In this document: positions 11,901 to 32,535 of the stretch, piece by piece
Position numbering within the stretch: the first letter of the stretch is position 1
Layout: every line of letters starts with the position of its first letter
Assembly: GCA_012295275.1 (NCBI GenBank)
Contig: CM022673.1
Coordinates: forward strand, 682,001-746,000
DNA length: 64,000 nt
DNA from: Chrysomallon squamiferum
Taxonomy: Eukaryota > Animalia > Mollusca
Direction: 5' to 3'
Translations under genes and position numbers: made by a program
Notes under the pieces: generated by a model
Told to the model about the DNA's origin: nothing
Databases searched by the model: none
What the model saw: only the letters and a program-made list of their open reading frames with translations

Positions 11901-14900
11901 AAAATGCATATTTTATTTCAGTTTGAAGAAGAAAACGAAGAAGAGGTAATTATTTATTGTTTTCAAAAACAAATATACATAAGATTTAATTTAATTTAAT
12001 TTTTTAGTTATGAAAGTGATTTTGCATTAAAATGCTTCATTAGACTGACTTGATTTAGAGCTATTCACATACGAAAAAATAATTTGAAGATTTGTTTTTA
12101 AATTTGAAAAACAACAACAAACAAACCAGAAACAAAAAGCATGATTTTTTAATTTTTAGTATCAGAGGTCACTGTTGTAATTGTTTCTTGCATTTTTTAC
12201 AAGTCTACTCCATCGTTAAAGTGCTTATTTGAAGCTTACTTTTGTTTTCCTAACCCTTTTACTAATTGCATTACATCTTGCTTTCATGTTGTAGCATGAT
12301 GCTGATGACGATTATAACGAAGATGATGATCCTGAATTTAATCCACAGGTAAAATATTAACACTTCAGTGTTTTTTTCCTTAACTTGGTCAAAGATAATA
12401 TCAGTGGTGGGGAAGTACATACAGATGTAAAATTGGGTGACGACAGATTAATGATTAAACTCGTTATTTATTTCATTGTTTACTTTCTGAAAATTTATTT
12501 TAATTCAGGATCCACTGATACTTTTTGAGAGGTTTTCTAATTCAGTAGTGAAATTAATTTGAATGTTTTTGATAGGTTTATTTTTTAAAGGAAAAGAATA
12601 CAAATAATTGGGAATATTTTATTGTGTATAATCACAAGCAACATTCTCTGGGTAAATTTCTCTGCCTACCTGTTTTTAAGATCATTATTTGATCTAGCTT
12701 GTTTATGTTGTTCATGTTCTGGTGGATATTTATTTAGCATGCACTAATCAGTTATAAGATAATCACTTGTCATGTTCACAAGTATATGTCGTCTCTCATA
12801 TTGATTTCTATCAGTAGTAAAAAGAAAAAAGTGAACTTTTGATTATTTATGAGTAAGAAAATTGTTTACATTAACAAAGTAAACTTCTATAATAATTCAA
12901 AGAACTGTCTGTTAGAATTTAGAAAGTTTTGTCTGTCTGTTTTGGTTTAAAATGATCCGTGTGATATCGGTTGTTCAAATACATAGTTGATGATTTACAA
13001 TGTGCTGGCTGTCTTAAAGTATTTAAAAATAATAAGAAAAAAGTTTGTCATACTTTTTAATAATAAAAATTAATATTGCAGATAATTCATTGTAAATTAT
13101 TACTACGTTTTTTTTTTTTTTTTTTTTTTTTTCAAAATTGCTTTACCTTTTTGAACAGAAATAATTACTATACGGTACAGTACATTTTTTGTTTACCTAA
13201 TCTTAAAATAATTTGTATGGTGAATGTAAAGTCCATTCTGTTATCAGAATTGATACTGTCCTGCATCAGTTTTTGTACTATCAGTGTCTGGAGTTTTGTT
13301 TGATTTATTTTGGGATTTTTTAGTTACCTGATTTTATTTTTTCTTTGTTATTTTACTTTCATTTCTCATTTCTTATTTTATTGTAATGTTTATTTTGAGA
13401 TATATTTTAGGGCTTTGGGTTTATATCTCATTTGGTTTGGAAAAAAATAAAGTTCTGTTTCATATAAGTATAGGTTAGAATAACACAAAAATATTTTTCT
13501 AATACATAGTTGTGCTAGTACCGTACTTCTGAACATTTATGATACTAATTTTAGAGATATATATATATATATATATATACAAAATAAACTTATTAAATCT
13601 GTATAATTATTGTCTCTAACTACAATTTTTCCATCCTTGTTTTCCCCCTTTCTTTCTGTTATTCTTTCACCAGGATTCTGAATAAACTTGCACCACTGAA
13701 AAAAACATTTTAGGTATTTTGACCTTTTTTTTTCTTCTGTATGTGCTTTCCTCCAGTACATGTGCAACCTGTATGTGTAGTTCTTTATACATAGTACTTT
13801 AACTGGCTTGCTTAAGCATGTTAATGTCTTTGGACTATTGCACGTTTGTTTTGGAATTTTGGTTTGGTCATTCGAAAGATTTAATCAGCTGCTGTTGCAG
13901 ATATTATTTGTGCATATGCAATAGCATACATTTTGGTTTTTATTTAATAGGATATGGTGAACAATAACTAAGAAATAAAATGTGTTACCTTGATTTTTAA
14001 AGATGTATATCTATATGTATCTTATTTTATATGACAAGTCAGATAAAAATGTAAAAGAGGAAAAAATTTACTAGTTTAAAATTTAGTTGAATTCTATTCA
14101 GCTCAAGATTAAAACATGAAATGAATCCTCATCATTTTATTCTTGCAAGTAATATGTTGTGGTTAATGCGTTTCAAAAATCCGAATTTACGCTTGCATGA
14201 AAATAAAATAAAAATTCTGTTGATATTAACAGAAGGTAAAATAATTATAATGGATATTTGATATTTCTATTATTTATATTTTTTAGAGATTTTATTCATT
14301 TTATTTTTTTAATTTTTAATTTTTAATTTTTGGGGCTTTTTTGTTTACATACTTTTAGAAAGTAAAAAAAAAAGAAATTTTTCCATTATCAATGTGTTTG
14401 CATGTTACACTTTGTAAATTATTAGTGCTAATGATTAAATCCTTACTAAGCTCAGTGTTAGATTATAGTGTACATAAAATATATTATTTTTTAAATCATT
14501 TCAGTATTTATTGTGCATTTGGTATGAAATTAATTTTGTTTTTCTGAATTTAAAAAAACTTCTTTCGTTTTCAGATATTAAACATAATTTGTTACTGTTT
14601 AACATTTATGGTGGTGGTTTGGATGAGAGGTATTAAAAATGCATATACTGTAACAAAAACGATTTAAAATCCTCTGCTTTTCTTACTTGTGTCATAAATA
14701 ACGCTCACATCACCCACCTGTACAGAAGTTTTTAAAAAAAATCCCCCAAAAACCCAAAATAAATTGTACATTTTATTTATTTATTTAACTTTTTAGATCA
14801 TTCATATTTTCATATTTTAGTTTCTTTTCTGGAGCTAAGATTATAAATGACAATTTTTAACATTAAACTGTTTCTCTATGTATCGACAGTATTATTTTCA

Positions 14901-16043
14901 GTATGGATTTTTTCATTTTTAAAATTAATGAAACAGTTTGTGAAAATACTGCTGTATGAAATTGTTTGTACATTATAATAGTATGGTTTAAATCACAGAC
15001 AGCACAGTACTATAGCATAGCATTTTGAGATTGTTTTCTTCTTGTTTGATTTTTCTTTTCAATCAGTGGCTTGGATACTTGATTCAAACCCACCCTTTGA
15101 TTATAAAGGAAAGAAATTACTTTAAATTAATGCCAGAAACACTAATAATACTAGTAATAAGCAGCACAATATTTAATTTGAAACCATAATCTGAAGAAAA
15201 AAGAACAATTAAATAAATAAATACAAAAACCTTATGAAACATCCAACTTTTCGGGTATAATTTACTTGGAAATTTGTTTTCTTTAATGTATTAACTAGCA
15301 TTGCAATAATTAAGAACATGTTGAAAAAAAGTAAATAGTAAAATAAAATGATGACAGTCACTGGTGTAAACTTGAAAACCCATTTTTCAGGTATCATCTT
15401 CCCTGTCTGTTTAATGGAAAGGTATGTTTTTAATCATACCACAGCACATTGTTTTTCATCAACATTTCATGTAGGTCATTACTAAAGATAACCACTTTTG
15501 TCTGTCTGAGAGCAATGTCCCATATTAACATTGGCTGCCTTGTTGGTAGTTGATAGTTTTGTTATTATTTTTATTTGTCCTTTTTGTTTGAATCTCTTAA
15601 TTTTTCATGTATGCGTTTTGATTGTCTGGAATTGAAATTAAATTCTTTATAAAATGTCCTAACAATGAGCCTGTTTTACAACATATTTTGTTGCCTTTAT
15701 ATGTTAAATTCAGAAAGTGAATTTCACCATGTCCGGTTTAAAATATGTTCTATTATGTAGCTGCCATGTAGTATGCATCTGTAGAAAGAAACAAAAAATG
15801 CATAAAGAAAACTTTATTAAAAGCAAATGATAGGGATAGGTAGTTTATTAAAAAGAATTAGACCTTCAAAATAGGTTGGGCAGTGAGGTGAAGTTATAAG
15901 TTTGAAGTTACATATTGTTTTATTAAGAATTTATATGTAAAAGACTACAAACATGCCTTAAAAAATTTAAACAAACCATTTATTTGTTTTATTTTTATTT
16001 TTACCAGGAAGAAAATAAACCTGCCGAATGCAAACAGCAATAG
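5981..16043 (+). CDS. NAP1L1: Nucleosome assembly protein 1-like (NAP1L1/NAP1L4 family histone chaperone), 15 coding exons, 401 aa
   Basis: Coding exons, all GT-AG and phase-consistent: 5981-5997, 6383-6456, 7511-7622, 8111-8252, 8527-8616, 8844-8928, 9439-9512, 9825-9893, 10164-10303, 10658-10803, 11195-11220, 11441-11557, 11922-11945, 12295-12348, 16008-16043 (1206 nt). The translation contains NAP1 hallmarks: VMQNPQLLSAIQ, SLPKVVKRRIKAMKKLQ, KGIPHFWLTVFKNVDMLSEMVQDHDEPIL, FTLEFYFSPNEYF, KKKQKHKGRG, DSFFNFF, DFEIGHFIRERIVPKAVLYFTGEA, an acidic tail and C-terminal PAECKQQ*. Confidence 0.96.
13674..13685 (+). CDS. Candidate alternative terminal exon of NAP1L (…FNPQ|DSE*), lacking the CKQQ CaaX box
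   Basis: Branch-point CTCTAAC at 13614-13620, then a ~50-nt AG-free polypyrimidine tract and CAG|. In phase 0 with donor 12348 it reads GAT TCT GAA TAA. AATAAA (13681-13686) overlaps the stop. Confidence 0.55.
   Translation, partial: DSE
14343..14736 (+). repeat. Inverted dispersed duplication, copy A (partner at 56023-56481)
   Basis: The reverse complement of 14523-14736 matches 56023-56237 with 5 substitutions by manual comparison. 14343-14520 matches 56250-56481 more loosely. Confidence 0.93.
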
Positions 16044-16755
16044 CAACATGATTAGGAAAACAATTTATAATCTTGATACATGCTACCATTGGAGCCCAGT
16101 CTGATGTGAAGTAGAATCACTTGCTGTGAAGATGCTCTGTACGACTTGCCACAGACTTTCCTTGTTTGTCAATCATTCTGTCAAGGACGACTGAAGTAGC
16201 AAGCCATACCTTGCACATCTATCACTTCTGACTTAAACATTAACCACTAGACCCAGTGTAACAGGAATGAGAGACTGAGAAGTTGTCAGTCTACCATTCC
16301 TGTAGAGAATATTGTCCAAATTTTGGTGCTCTCTATTTTTAGTATTTTTGTTTTCTCCCCTCCATTATTGCTCAGAATGTTACATTATTAGATAAACAAG
16401 AAATATTCTAGACTTTATCAGGACCTTATTTAAAAAAAGAAATAAAAAATAACAATAAAATGTACAAAAGTGATTTTTATTATGCTGGGTAGTTGATCTG
16501 TTTAGAATATGTTTGTGAGTTTGCATTTAACAGTCAATAAAAGTAACAAAACCGTTGATGAAATACAGATATTGAACAGAAAATTACTTGTTACGTGAAA
16601 CAGTTATTTTTTAAAGAGTATATTGGAACAAATGACCTTAATTCATAAGATTTTTTCTTTGGAAAATTAACTTTCATAACTTAATCATTTAACACAGTGT
16701 ATATTTAACAAAGGTTTATTGTGATGAACTTTTTCTTTCCCTTGAAATTTTATTG

Positions 16756-16798
<43 letters not shown>

Positions 16799-18230
16799 TT
16801 ATTTTATTTTATTCAAAATGTAATAACTATATTAAAAATATTTATTTATTCATATGTTGTTTAATAAGTTAAAAGTTAATGTCCTTATGAAAAATAGTTG
16901 TATTGTAAATACTGTTTGTAGTTCAGTTGTCTTACAATATTTTACTATTTAATGCAGAGGAAAAAAACAACAAAAAACAAGTAAATTTAAAAAAAAAATT
17001 AAATGCTTGTAGAAGTTATTATTTATAGGGATCTGAACTCTGACTAAAGTATATTTAATAAATGATCAGCTTGTTGCAAGCAAATGAACTGATATAAATC
17101 CCAGAATAGTAACATTTGTTTTATGAATTGGTCATTCTTACATGATATATTGCAAGACACAAGATAGGACATACTGCTAAAGGAAAATAACCATATTATT
17201 ATTATTATTATGCTTTTTGCATAAAGTTGATATTACATTTTATTATTTAAAAAAAAAAATAAAAATGTTATTTCTTTATATATTTTTATTCTAAAATATT
17301 TCAACAATTTTATAGATCTGATCATTGAATGGATAACTGATCAACTGTTTGTTTTTGGCTATGATAGTGTTCATCAAAAGTTGATAAATTGAGAAGAACA
17401 GCTTAGTTAGAGCTAGAAGAAAACTTTGTCAAAATGGTTAGAAATTGTTATTGACCTGCTTTTCTTTTAAAGTTGTTAACAAACTTTACCAAAATGTCAG
17501 ATCAGCTATTTCACACATTTCAGAAACATGTCCATTGTTTTGTTTGTTTATCATTTATTTTTTATGTGGTAATAAAAGTAAGGTACATTCAACCTTTGCC
17601 TTGATTAGTGGTGGTTTTTATTAGGGCTGGTTATCACAGTGCAACTTGAAAATTTGTCATGGTATGTTCGGTTTTGAATTTCCTTTTTTTCTTTTCTCCA
17701 TTGCTAGAGATAGAATGTGGCTATAGCTAAGGAATGTAACAATCTTGAAATTAAAATCGTTTTCATAGTTGCTCTTTGATTAACCAGCCTGTAATTCAGG
17801 ACTGGGATATTTTTGAAAGCAGTTAGAAAAAATGCAAGTAAATTTTTAACACAAAAAGAATTAGAGAAATTTTAAAATTGTTAAAAAAAAAAAAATATAG
17901 CATGTTATTTTTTTTTTTTTTTTTTTTTTTTTTTTATTTATTTATTTTGCTTCTTGTTTATGCCTTTTGACTTCTTGCTTCTGTGAACTTGATGTTGCCT
18001 GCCACATCAGCCAAACACTTGCAGATCTGTACATATGTTTTAGTTACACTTTGTTCTTTGATGCCTTTTTATCCAGCTCGGGGCTCTTGTTTGTGTTGCA
18101 GCAAGATTGACAAGTGAACATTTGGCCATCTTTGTTACTTCTATTCACATTTGAAAAAAAAAAAAATTTGGCAATCTCACAAAATCAGAGTAAACTGACA
18201 TGGAAATAAAATTTATATCGTATAAAAGCT
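16044..18230 (+). other. NAP1L 3' UTR with alternative polyadenylation signals
   Basis: Follows the TAG at 16041-16043. AATAAA at ~16536, 17571 and 18205-18210; the last is followed by a TTTTGTTGTTT GU-rich element. Confidence 0.55.
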
Positions 18231-19049
18231 TTTGTTGTTTCATTATTTATACTGAATAATGGTTTAGTATGCTTTACCTTTTTGCAAAGGATATAGCTAA
18301 GTATTTTTATGTTCTTTCTGTAATTTTCTATATCCAGTTAAAGATGAATGATAATGGTTAAAATGTACCTATGATTATATGAATAATCCAAAAATAATTG
18401 GTGTGCTGAAATTTGATTGATTTGTTTGCTGATAATAAATTATTTAAATGTAGAAGTGTAATGTATTGTGGAGGCAACCTTTTCTTTTCTCGTTAAAAAA
18501 AAAAGATAAATTAATAATTCCATATTAAAACATTTCTATGAATTCAATAAATTAAAATAAAAAAATAATAAAATTGGGTAAACAAAAATATAAACTGTAT
18601 CTGGCTTGTTTTGAGGTGTATCATTCATACATAACTAGAATATTAACATTTTGGTCGCTAGTGGTTATGTCCTTTTGTAAAAATTATATTTAAAAACGGA
18701 CAAGAAATTTGGTATCATAATAGTATATCAGACACTGCAATACATTTTAATATTAACAACTAACTATTGGGCAAGGATGACAAAACTATATGTTGTGAAC
18801 ATTCTGTAGGCATTTTTTACATTAGTTAAGAAATTATTGTACAAAAATTAGATTGTGTATCATAAAGTTCACTATTTCCGTATGCTGTTGTGTCACGAAT
18901 TTAGAAACGTTTTTATATCAGTAGTATTTTCTTGTCATGCTTTGTTATCAGATATAAGAGACCATTCAAAACAATAAAATAATTTGAATTGTGAAGAATT
19001 AGACCATTTATTTGTAATGACAGAAGTACACTTTATAATGAGAACAAAG

Positions 19050-19430
19050 ATGTACAGTAACGATTCAGTTAGTCGCAGGAAAGAAAAGTTATAGTATGTG
19101 CCAGTAAACATGAAATTTTAGAATATGAAATGTATTTAGTGTTCTATATGGACTCTATCAGTAAGCATATAATCGATAACTGGAATTGCTGTACAAGTGA
19201 GTTACGGATCTGATGGAAGTTTGCATCTACTCGGCATGTCCTTACCTGAAGAAAAATATGATGAAATATGACATGAAACGATTAGCGGATTTATTCTGTC
19301 ATGCGACCATTATTCTGAAAACACGTTTGATGCTTATTAAAGTCGTAACGTTAAATCCAAATAATACGTACGCAATACATACGCGTGCTCTGTTTTTTAT
19401 GGCGTCATTTAATAACTACGAAAGGAGAAG

Positions 19431-19437
<7 letters not shown>
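19050..19437 (+). promoter_or_regulatory. KIAA0930 promoter / CpG-enriched 5' region
   Basis: CpG cluster with ACGCGT at 19381, Inr-like TCATTT at 19405-19410, and a YY1-type AAGATGGCGG motif overlapping the start codon (19428-19437). Confidence 0.55.
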
Positions 19438-26185
<6,748 letters not shown>

Positions 26186-27240
26186 CACATTGACTCTAAT
26201 TAAAATAAGAAATCAGGTGCTCATTACAAGATACATTTTTAACACTTATTTTAACACTGACATATTGGACTACCCTGTTTTTTCAATCAGCAGTTGACAC
26301 CGTGTTCTGAAAGATTTATATTTTACTTAAATCAGCAACTGAAGAAGCAAGATATGATGTTCTTAAACAGAAGCATATTTTAAAGTCTTTACACATTAAT
26401 CTGGCCTAATTATTTCAGTTAACTTTTCTTTTAAATTTCCTTGCTGGAAGTCAAATTCAGGATTTAAGATTTAATCATGCAGCATATTTCATCAGAGTTT
26501 ACCTTTTATAGTTCTGAGACCCCCCCCAAAAATAGTTTACTTCTGAAACTAGAAATTTTTATAAGCTAAACCTTTAAAATGCTCAGGTTAATTAGAATGA
26601 CTGAGGTAAAGATTCTGAGAGTTGTATAAAGTATAGAGATAATTATGAATAAGAGCCAGGGACAAACACATAAATTTCAATATAATTTAATCATTCTGAT
26701 ATTTTATTTTCATTTTTAAAATACCAATGTCTAGAACTGAGATGCTTCATGAATGAAAAAAAAAAAAAAAAAAAAAACATTCACTAAATTTGTTAATTAT
26801 CATCAACATCATGATAAAAAATTACTGATACCACAAATCATCTCCTGATGGAAGTCTGCAAAGTTTAGAAAGGGTGACCACGAAAGGCGTGCTTGAATTG
26901 TTCTGTTAGAAAGTATGGCACCAGTTAGCAACATCCATATGATAATATTAATCTTACCTGTGGGAATTTACATAAGAAGTGGAAGAATTGTTTTTTCTGT
27001 GGAATTGCAAATCTAGTTGAGGGGATTTGTGCATTATGTTCTGAGTATAGTGTTCAGAGCACACAGACAGCAGTTGTATGTAAAGATGTGTGGTGGGTGG
27101 TTATAACCCACCAATGGCTTTTTCATCCTTCATTATTTTTGACATAGTGTACATTTTTACAAATTATGTCAAAGCAAATATACTCCTCCTTAACAGAACT
27201 ATTTATGTAATTTATGTTTTTTGTTTGTTGTTTGTTATTG

Positions 27241-27304
<64 letters not shown>

Positions 27305-29149
27305 GTTGTTATTATGTTATTATTATTTCTTTATTTTCTTTTATGAGTTATGAAAAATACCTCAATTTGTTGTTATTTTCAGTCAAATTATGATGGAATC
27401 ATGAGCTCTCTTTATTACTGTGATTTTGCTGTGTTTAAGATAGCTAGATCAAGCACTCAGCTTATATTATGTCAGAATGTTTGTGTATTAATATACAAGT
27501 TTATTTTTTTATTTTATGTAGTGATGTTTTTTTTAAGTGAACTTTTCTGTATCCGCCATTGATTGAACTTGTATGTATTATATAAATAATTAAAAAAAAA
27601 AAAACAAGTGGAATAGTTTCATTATATTAAAATAGATCCGATTTTTAGTTCTTTATTACATAGCATAATATAATTCTAATAATTTGTTTCTGATTATAAA
27701 TCTAAATATAATAAATTGTGCCAAAGTAATTTTAGTAAATTCAACATTTGTAAAAGTTGGTAAAGTATTAGAATTATTAGATATTCCAAGAATTAAAAAC
27801 TTTGTAAATAATGTTTTTCTAATATTATTCTTTTTTGAAAACCTAAATGGTATTTTTAGAAAAAATTTCTACAGCAAAACCTTTATTATTGAAAAAAGCA
27901 AAAAAGAAGTATCCAGAGTGAATTTAATCAAAGATAATAGATGTTTCAATGATGAAATTGTTTTTATTTAAAATATTTTAACTTTTGTATTTTTAATAGT
28001 TAATTATGTTCATATATAACAATAAAAAAATAGCGTCTCTTTGATATAAAATATAATATATATTTACAGAGTTTTTCTTTTAATCATGAATGTATATATT
28101 CAAAAGCTTATATATTAATTTACTACTCATTCCAGTATTTGATAGATGCGATCTCGTTTTGCCAGTAATAAATACTGATACTTTCTATAAGTTAGCCATT
28201 GTGATTATTCTTTATGATTCTTCCTCCTGTTTATCAGAAGAACCACACTATATGAAACATTTATTTTTATAAAAGTTGTGAGTCACATGTCAGTAGTTCT
28301 CTGCTTCTGCCAGCAACAAGTCTGGGTGAAAGATTTCACTGAAGTCCACTGTTTTGATAAACACTGGGATCTGTTTCCTGTTTTAAAATTTATAATACTG
28401 AAGTCCTTATAGTTCAAACTTGTGTCACTGAGGATAAATTTTGAACCTGAAGTGGAAACTTCAAAGTTTATAAATTTTGGAGGTAAAATGAAATAATTAT
28501 TTTCATTTCTTTTAATTTATTTATTTATTCTGTTAAATAATAATATAGTGAAAATGTATTGATATTACTATAAAATGAAAAAAACATTGTTATAAAGTTA
28601 ATTTTGATGGTTGAAATAAATAAAAAATTATAATTTTTTTATATCTTATTTTCACAAATTATGTTTTGATTAAAAAAAAAAAAAGAATATATTTTGAGGG
28701 GACAAAAAAATATTAGAAATTCCAAATCTTAAAATTATTTAATGTAATTTTCATTTTAATTTTTTCACAAAGGCAATTCATAAGAGTAATGTAACAGGTT
28801 GAACTAAAAGTCTAGTTAGCTTGTACAGACAAGTTTTCAGACCAAACTTACTCTTGTTGTTTTATAAAGAAAACTGTAATGAATGCTATGGTCAGTTTTC
28901 CCTTTAACCTAACTGAAAAGAATTTTTACATTCAAACTTGAAAGTTGAAACATATACCAAACTCCCTTTAAATGATTCTTTTTGTTTAATTATACAGTCT
29001 ATAGATTGTTGTGTGTTAAAAGTTCTTCAAAGGTATTTATGCCTGAATGTTTAGTTTTACATTAATTACCTTTGTATATAATCTTTTTAAATACTGCAAA
29101 CTGATTTCATTGTCTGTTGTTAAGTAATTTAGAATTAGATTTTATTGTA

Positions 29150-29188
<39 letters not shown>

Positions 29189-30440
29189 GATTATTAAATT
29201 TATTTATTTATTTATTTTATTTATTTATTTTAGTGGGTCTTTTGCCAGTTGTTTATTTACCTCATTACTGAAAATTGCACTTTACCTAAAGTTTGAGTCA
29301 AACATGCTTATCTTTATATCTAATTATTACTCTTATTATTATTGTACTGTTAATCTTATTAATATTGTCCAAACAGTCTCAGTGGATGAAAACATTCCAG
29401 TTTACAAAGTTTTAATAAAACATACAGAGATTATATCATATATATTAATGTATTAAATAGACTTTCACTATCATTTTTGAAAATATGGTTTTAAGTCATC
29501 GACAGCATATTTGTACAAAGTTTATATAATGATGAACACATTGCACATTTTAAATGATAAAAACAAACTGATGTTTGCTTGTGTAAAATAAAATAAATAA
29601 ATAAATGTTATTCAATGAGGATGGTTAATCACAAACTATTTTTCAATAAATCATGTATCAATTTATTGTACGTGCATAACTTAAAATGGTGTGAACTCAA
29701 CAAAAATATTTAATTGTTTATTGTTATGTTTGTGATATGTGCATTCGTATCTATTTAAACTGACTCCATTTCTTTGCAGGTATCTTTGATTTCAGAAATA
29801 TTACTGAATTTCATTATATTTTTACCTTCTAACTCAAATTTCTAGCATAGTCTGACTGGATTTTAATATTCTATTTTCTTGTTTCTCAGAAAAGATAAAT
29901 TTAATTTAGTTTTTTTCAGAAGTGTTAAACATGTACATTTAAATGATAGTGTTCTTTAAAATAATATAAATTAAAAAATTCTGATATTGTGCTTAAAGAT
30001 TTCTTAAAGTATTTGTAGACTTTATTTCAGAACGTATTGTTTAATATGTACTTGTAGATAGAATAAACAAGTTTGTTAATGTATATATATATATATACAC
30101 CTTTGAAAAAACAACTGCCAGTCCATCCAAATGCACATGGTTTTCAAAATCATATTTTACCCATTGCTGACATAATTTATTTCAGTAAAAATGAAAAATT
30201 TAAGGTTATTTTAATAAGATAAATTTATAATGATTATAACTGAAATTTTGGTAATGTGTAATTAGCTTTAGTAATTTAGTAATGTTTTGATAACATATTG
30301 GTTGATGCTGGTCATATGTATAAAATATCCAATACTGATTTATGAAATAATGTTGATATGGTCTGACATATATATGACAGTTGATTATTTTAATTGTCAA
30401 AAACATGAAAATAAATGATTAAACAGACTGTGACAACGAT
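26186..30440 (+). other. Probable long KIAA0930 3' UTR ending near AATAAA 30410-30415
   Basis: CpG-poor, T-rich sequence continues to AATAAA at 30410, followed by GU-rich TTTGTGTTCGTTATGTTTT. Composition changes abruptly after this point. Earlier AATAAA sites (e.g. 28021) could also be used. Confidence 0.45.
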
Positions 30441-30830
30441 ATTTGTGTTCGTTATGTTTTTCTTTGACAGTGACCTTGAATATTTTGACAGTCAATTAAA
30501 TATATAATCGTGAAACTATGAAACAACTCTTTCTCTCTCTCTCAATTCTATCCACGCTGAAATATATATATATATATTTTTTTTTTATTGCAAACTGAAT
30601 GAAACTAGCTGTGAATACCTGCGTAATTTTCAGTAGAACGTTTACAACAACTTTTTAATTCCAGTTCTTAACAAAGGATTTGATTGCATGGAAACATGTA
30701 TACTGCACCGAAAAATGTATGGCACAACTGTACAAGTAATAAAAAGTATTATAAATTAAGACTTTCCTGTTTGGAGGACGATGCAGGTGTGATAAAAATG
30801 AGTTAAAATTATCCATTAAGTCCCAATTTT

Positions 30831-30981
30831 AATTAGTTTTATATTGCATGTGCCGCTTTTTATATTTTATTATTATTATTATTAAAAGAGAAAGAAAAAA
30901 ATTAGTTTTATATTGCACGTGCCGCTTTTTATATTTTATTATTATTATTATTTTTATTATTATTAAAAGAGATAGGAAAAA
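30831..30981. repeat. Tandem duplication, ~70-80 bp unit x2
   Basis: AATTAGTTTTATATTGCA(T/C)GTGCCGCTTTTTATATTTTATTATT…AAAAGAGA occurs twice head-to-tail. Confidence 0.85.
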
Positions 30982-31334
30982 GTGTTTAACCATTATATAA
31001 TTTAATCGGTAAACATATACATACTGAATATGCAATCACACACTTTATTTTTATTCTCATTTTAACGTTATTAGTTTTCATAACTTTATACACAGCTAAC
31101 AAAGAAAGGCTCAAAAGGAAAACGATCCACCAATATATTTACATATGTAATGGCCCAGTAAACTGTTACATTACGTCTGTGTTTGATCGATTGAACGAGC
31201 GATAAAGACAGCAATGAGCTGAATAGCTAAGTGACCCCCACACACACACACACCCAGAGCTAAATACGGTGAGCGTAATCCGATTAGTGGAATTTTTTAA
31301 CGGTGGGGAGAAGAAGAAGAAATTTATGAGATCA

Positions 31335-32025
31335 GTGCCCCCCCAGAACAAAAAAACCCAGTCTAAAAATGCACAGGCGGACAAAAGCCTCCACCATAGG
31401 TAAAAAACAACTTTGTAAACAACCACTTTATTAACGCATACGTCTTTATCAAAATCAGCATAACAATGGGACGATTATCAGAGTTTATTTGATCAACATA
31501 ATTAACTGTAATAATAATCAAAATTAAGATGAAGGATGTAACTTGAAGAGAGAAGGTTTATATCAAAGAATTCACATTGCCAGAAATGAAATAACGCATC
31601 TCAGAACATTTGAAGAATTCAGATATTTTGAAAACTGAATATAATTCTCGAAAATAATATCAGAAGCTAACGAAAACTCCGGTTGTCACTGGCTACAATG
31701 ACTTCGCAATCATTTTGTATTTTCTAAGGTGTGCTGTGTCACTCGTATGCTATTTATGTGGATTATTTTTAAAGTTAATTATTAATACGTGAATGAATAA
31801 CTAATCGCATAAATTCCATCATTTTGATAATTAGATCTGAGGGAATTTATTAAACACTGATGGAATATTTATTTTAAGGTTGGAAGCGTTTGTAGATTCT
31901 TCTTTATTTACGAGGGGCTTTGTCGTACCTTGCTTTTTCACTGGGTGGCTTTTGCTCGACCCTGCATTTCTACTGGTGGGAGGGGGGGGGCTGTGTAGTT
32001 TTGTATCAGGGGAATTTTGTCCACT
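31335..32025. mobile_element. Degenerate MITE/DNA-transposon remnant (imperfect terminal inverted repeats)
   Basis: 31357-31410 (CCAGTCTAAAAATGCACAGGCGGACAAAAGCCTCC…AAAAAACAA) is an imperfect reverse complement of 31930-31978 (TTGCTTTTTCACTGGGTGGCTTTTGCTCGACCCTGCATTTCTACTGG). Extra GGGG(N)TTTGTC subrepeats occur at ~31914 and ~32009. Confidence 0.4.
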
Positions 32026-32448
32026 GACTTATGTTCTACTCGCGTTTAATTGTGGTCAGTAGGAATCCTTACCTACAGGTGTCCATCATGTAGAATTATG
32101 CAGTTCCTTCCACAGAGGTGGACTGGTTATTTTCAGTGCTGTTTCTAGGAGATGTATTGAGTGTGATTTACTCAAGAGTCAGAAATACGAGAAACTTAAG
32201 AGATTATTTCGGTTCAGATTTTAATTTATATTGAGTGTCCTTCTGTGTGTGTGTGATTTATACCTGAATCAGGCAAAAATTATATCTAAGAGAAATTTTA
32301 GAATCGAAATTTATTTATGTTTATTAAGTACAGCTTTAAATATTATAACAGAAATAAGTTTGATCCTGAATACGCCCTGTCTAGTGGATCGTTATATTCT
32401 GAATAACTGAAAGTCCGATAGAGGAATAAAATCACACTGTCATGATGG

Positions 32449-32452
<4 letters not shown>

Positions 32453-32530
<78 letters not shown>
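32453..32530. repeat. (GA)n microsatellite
   Basis: Direct observation. Confidence 0.95.

Positions 32531-32535
<5 letters not shown>

Noticed and set aside
12399-12520. TATCAGTGG…CCACTGATA stem enclosing CTGA motifs, considered as a box C/D snoRNA
   Set aside because: No acceptable RTGATGA box C at the 5' end.
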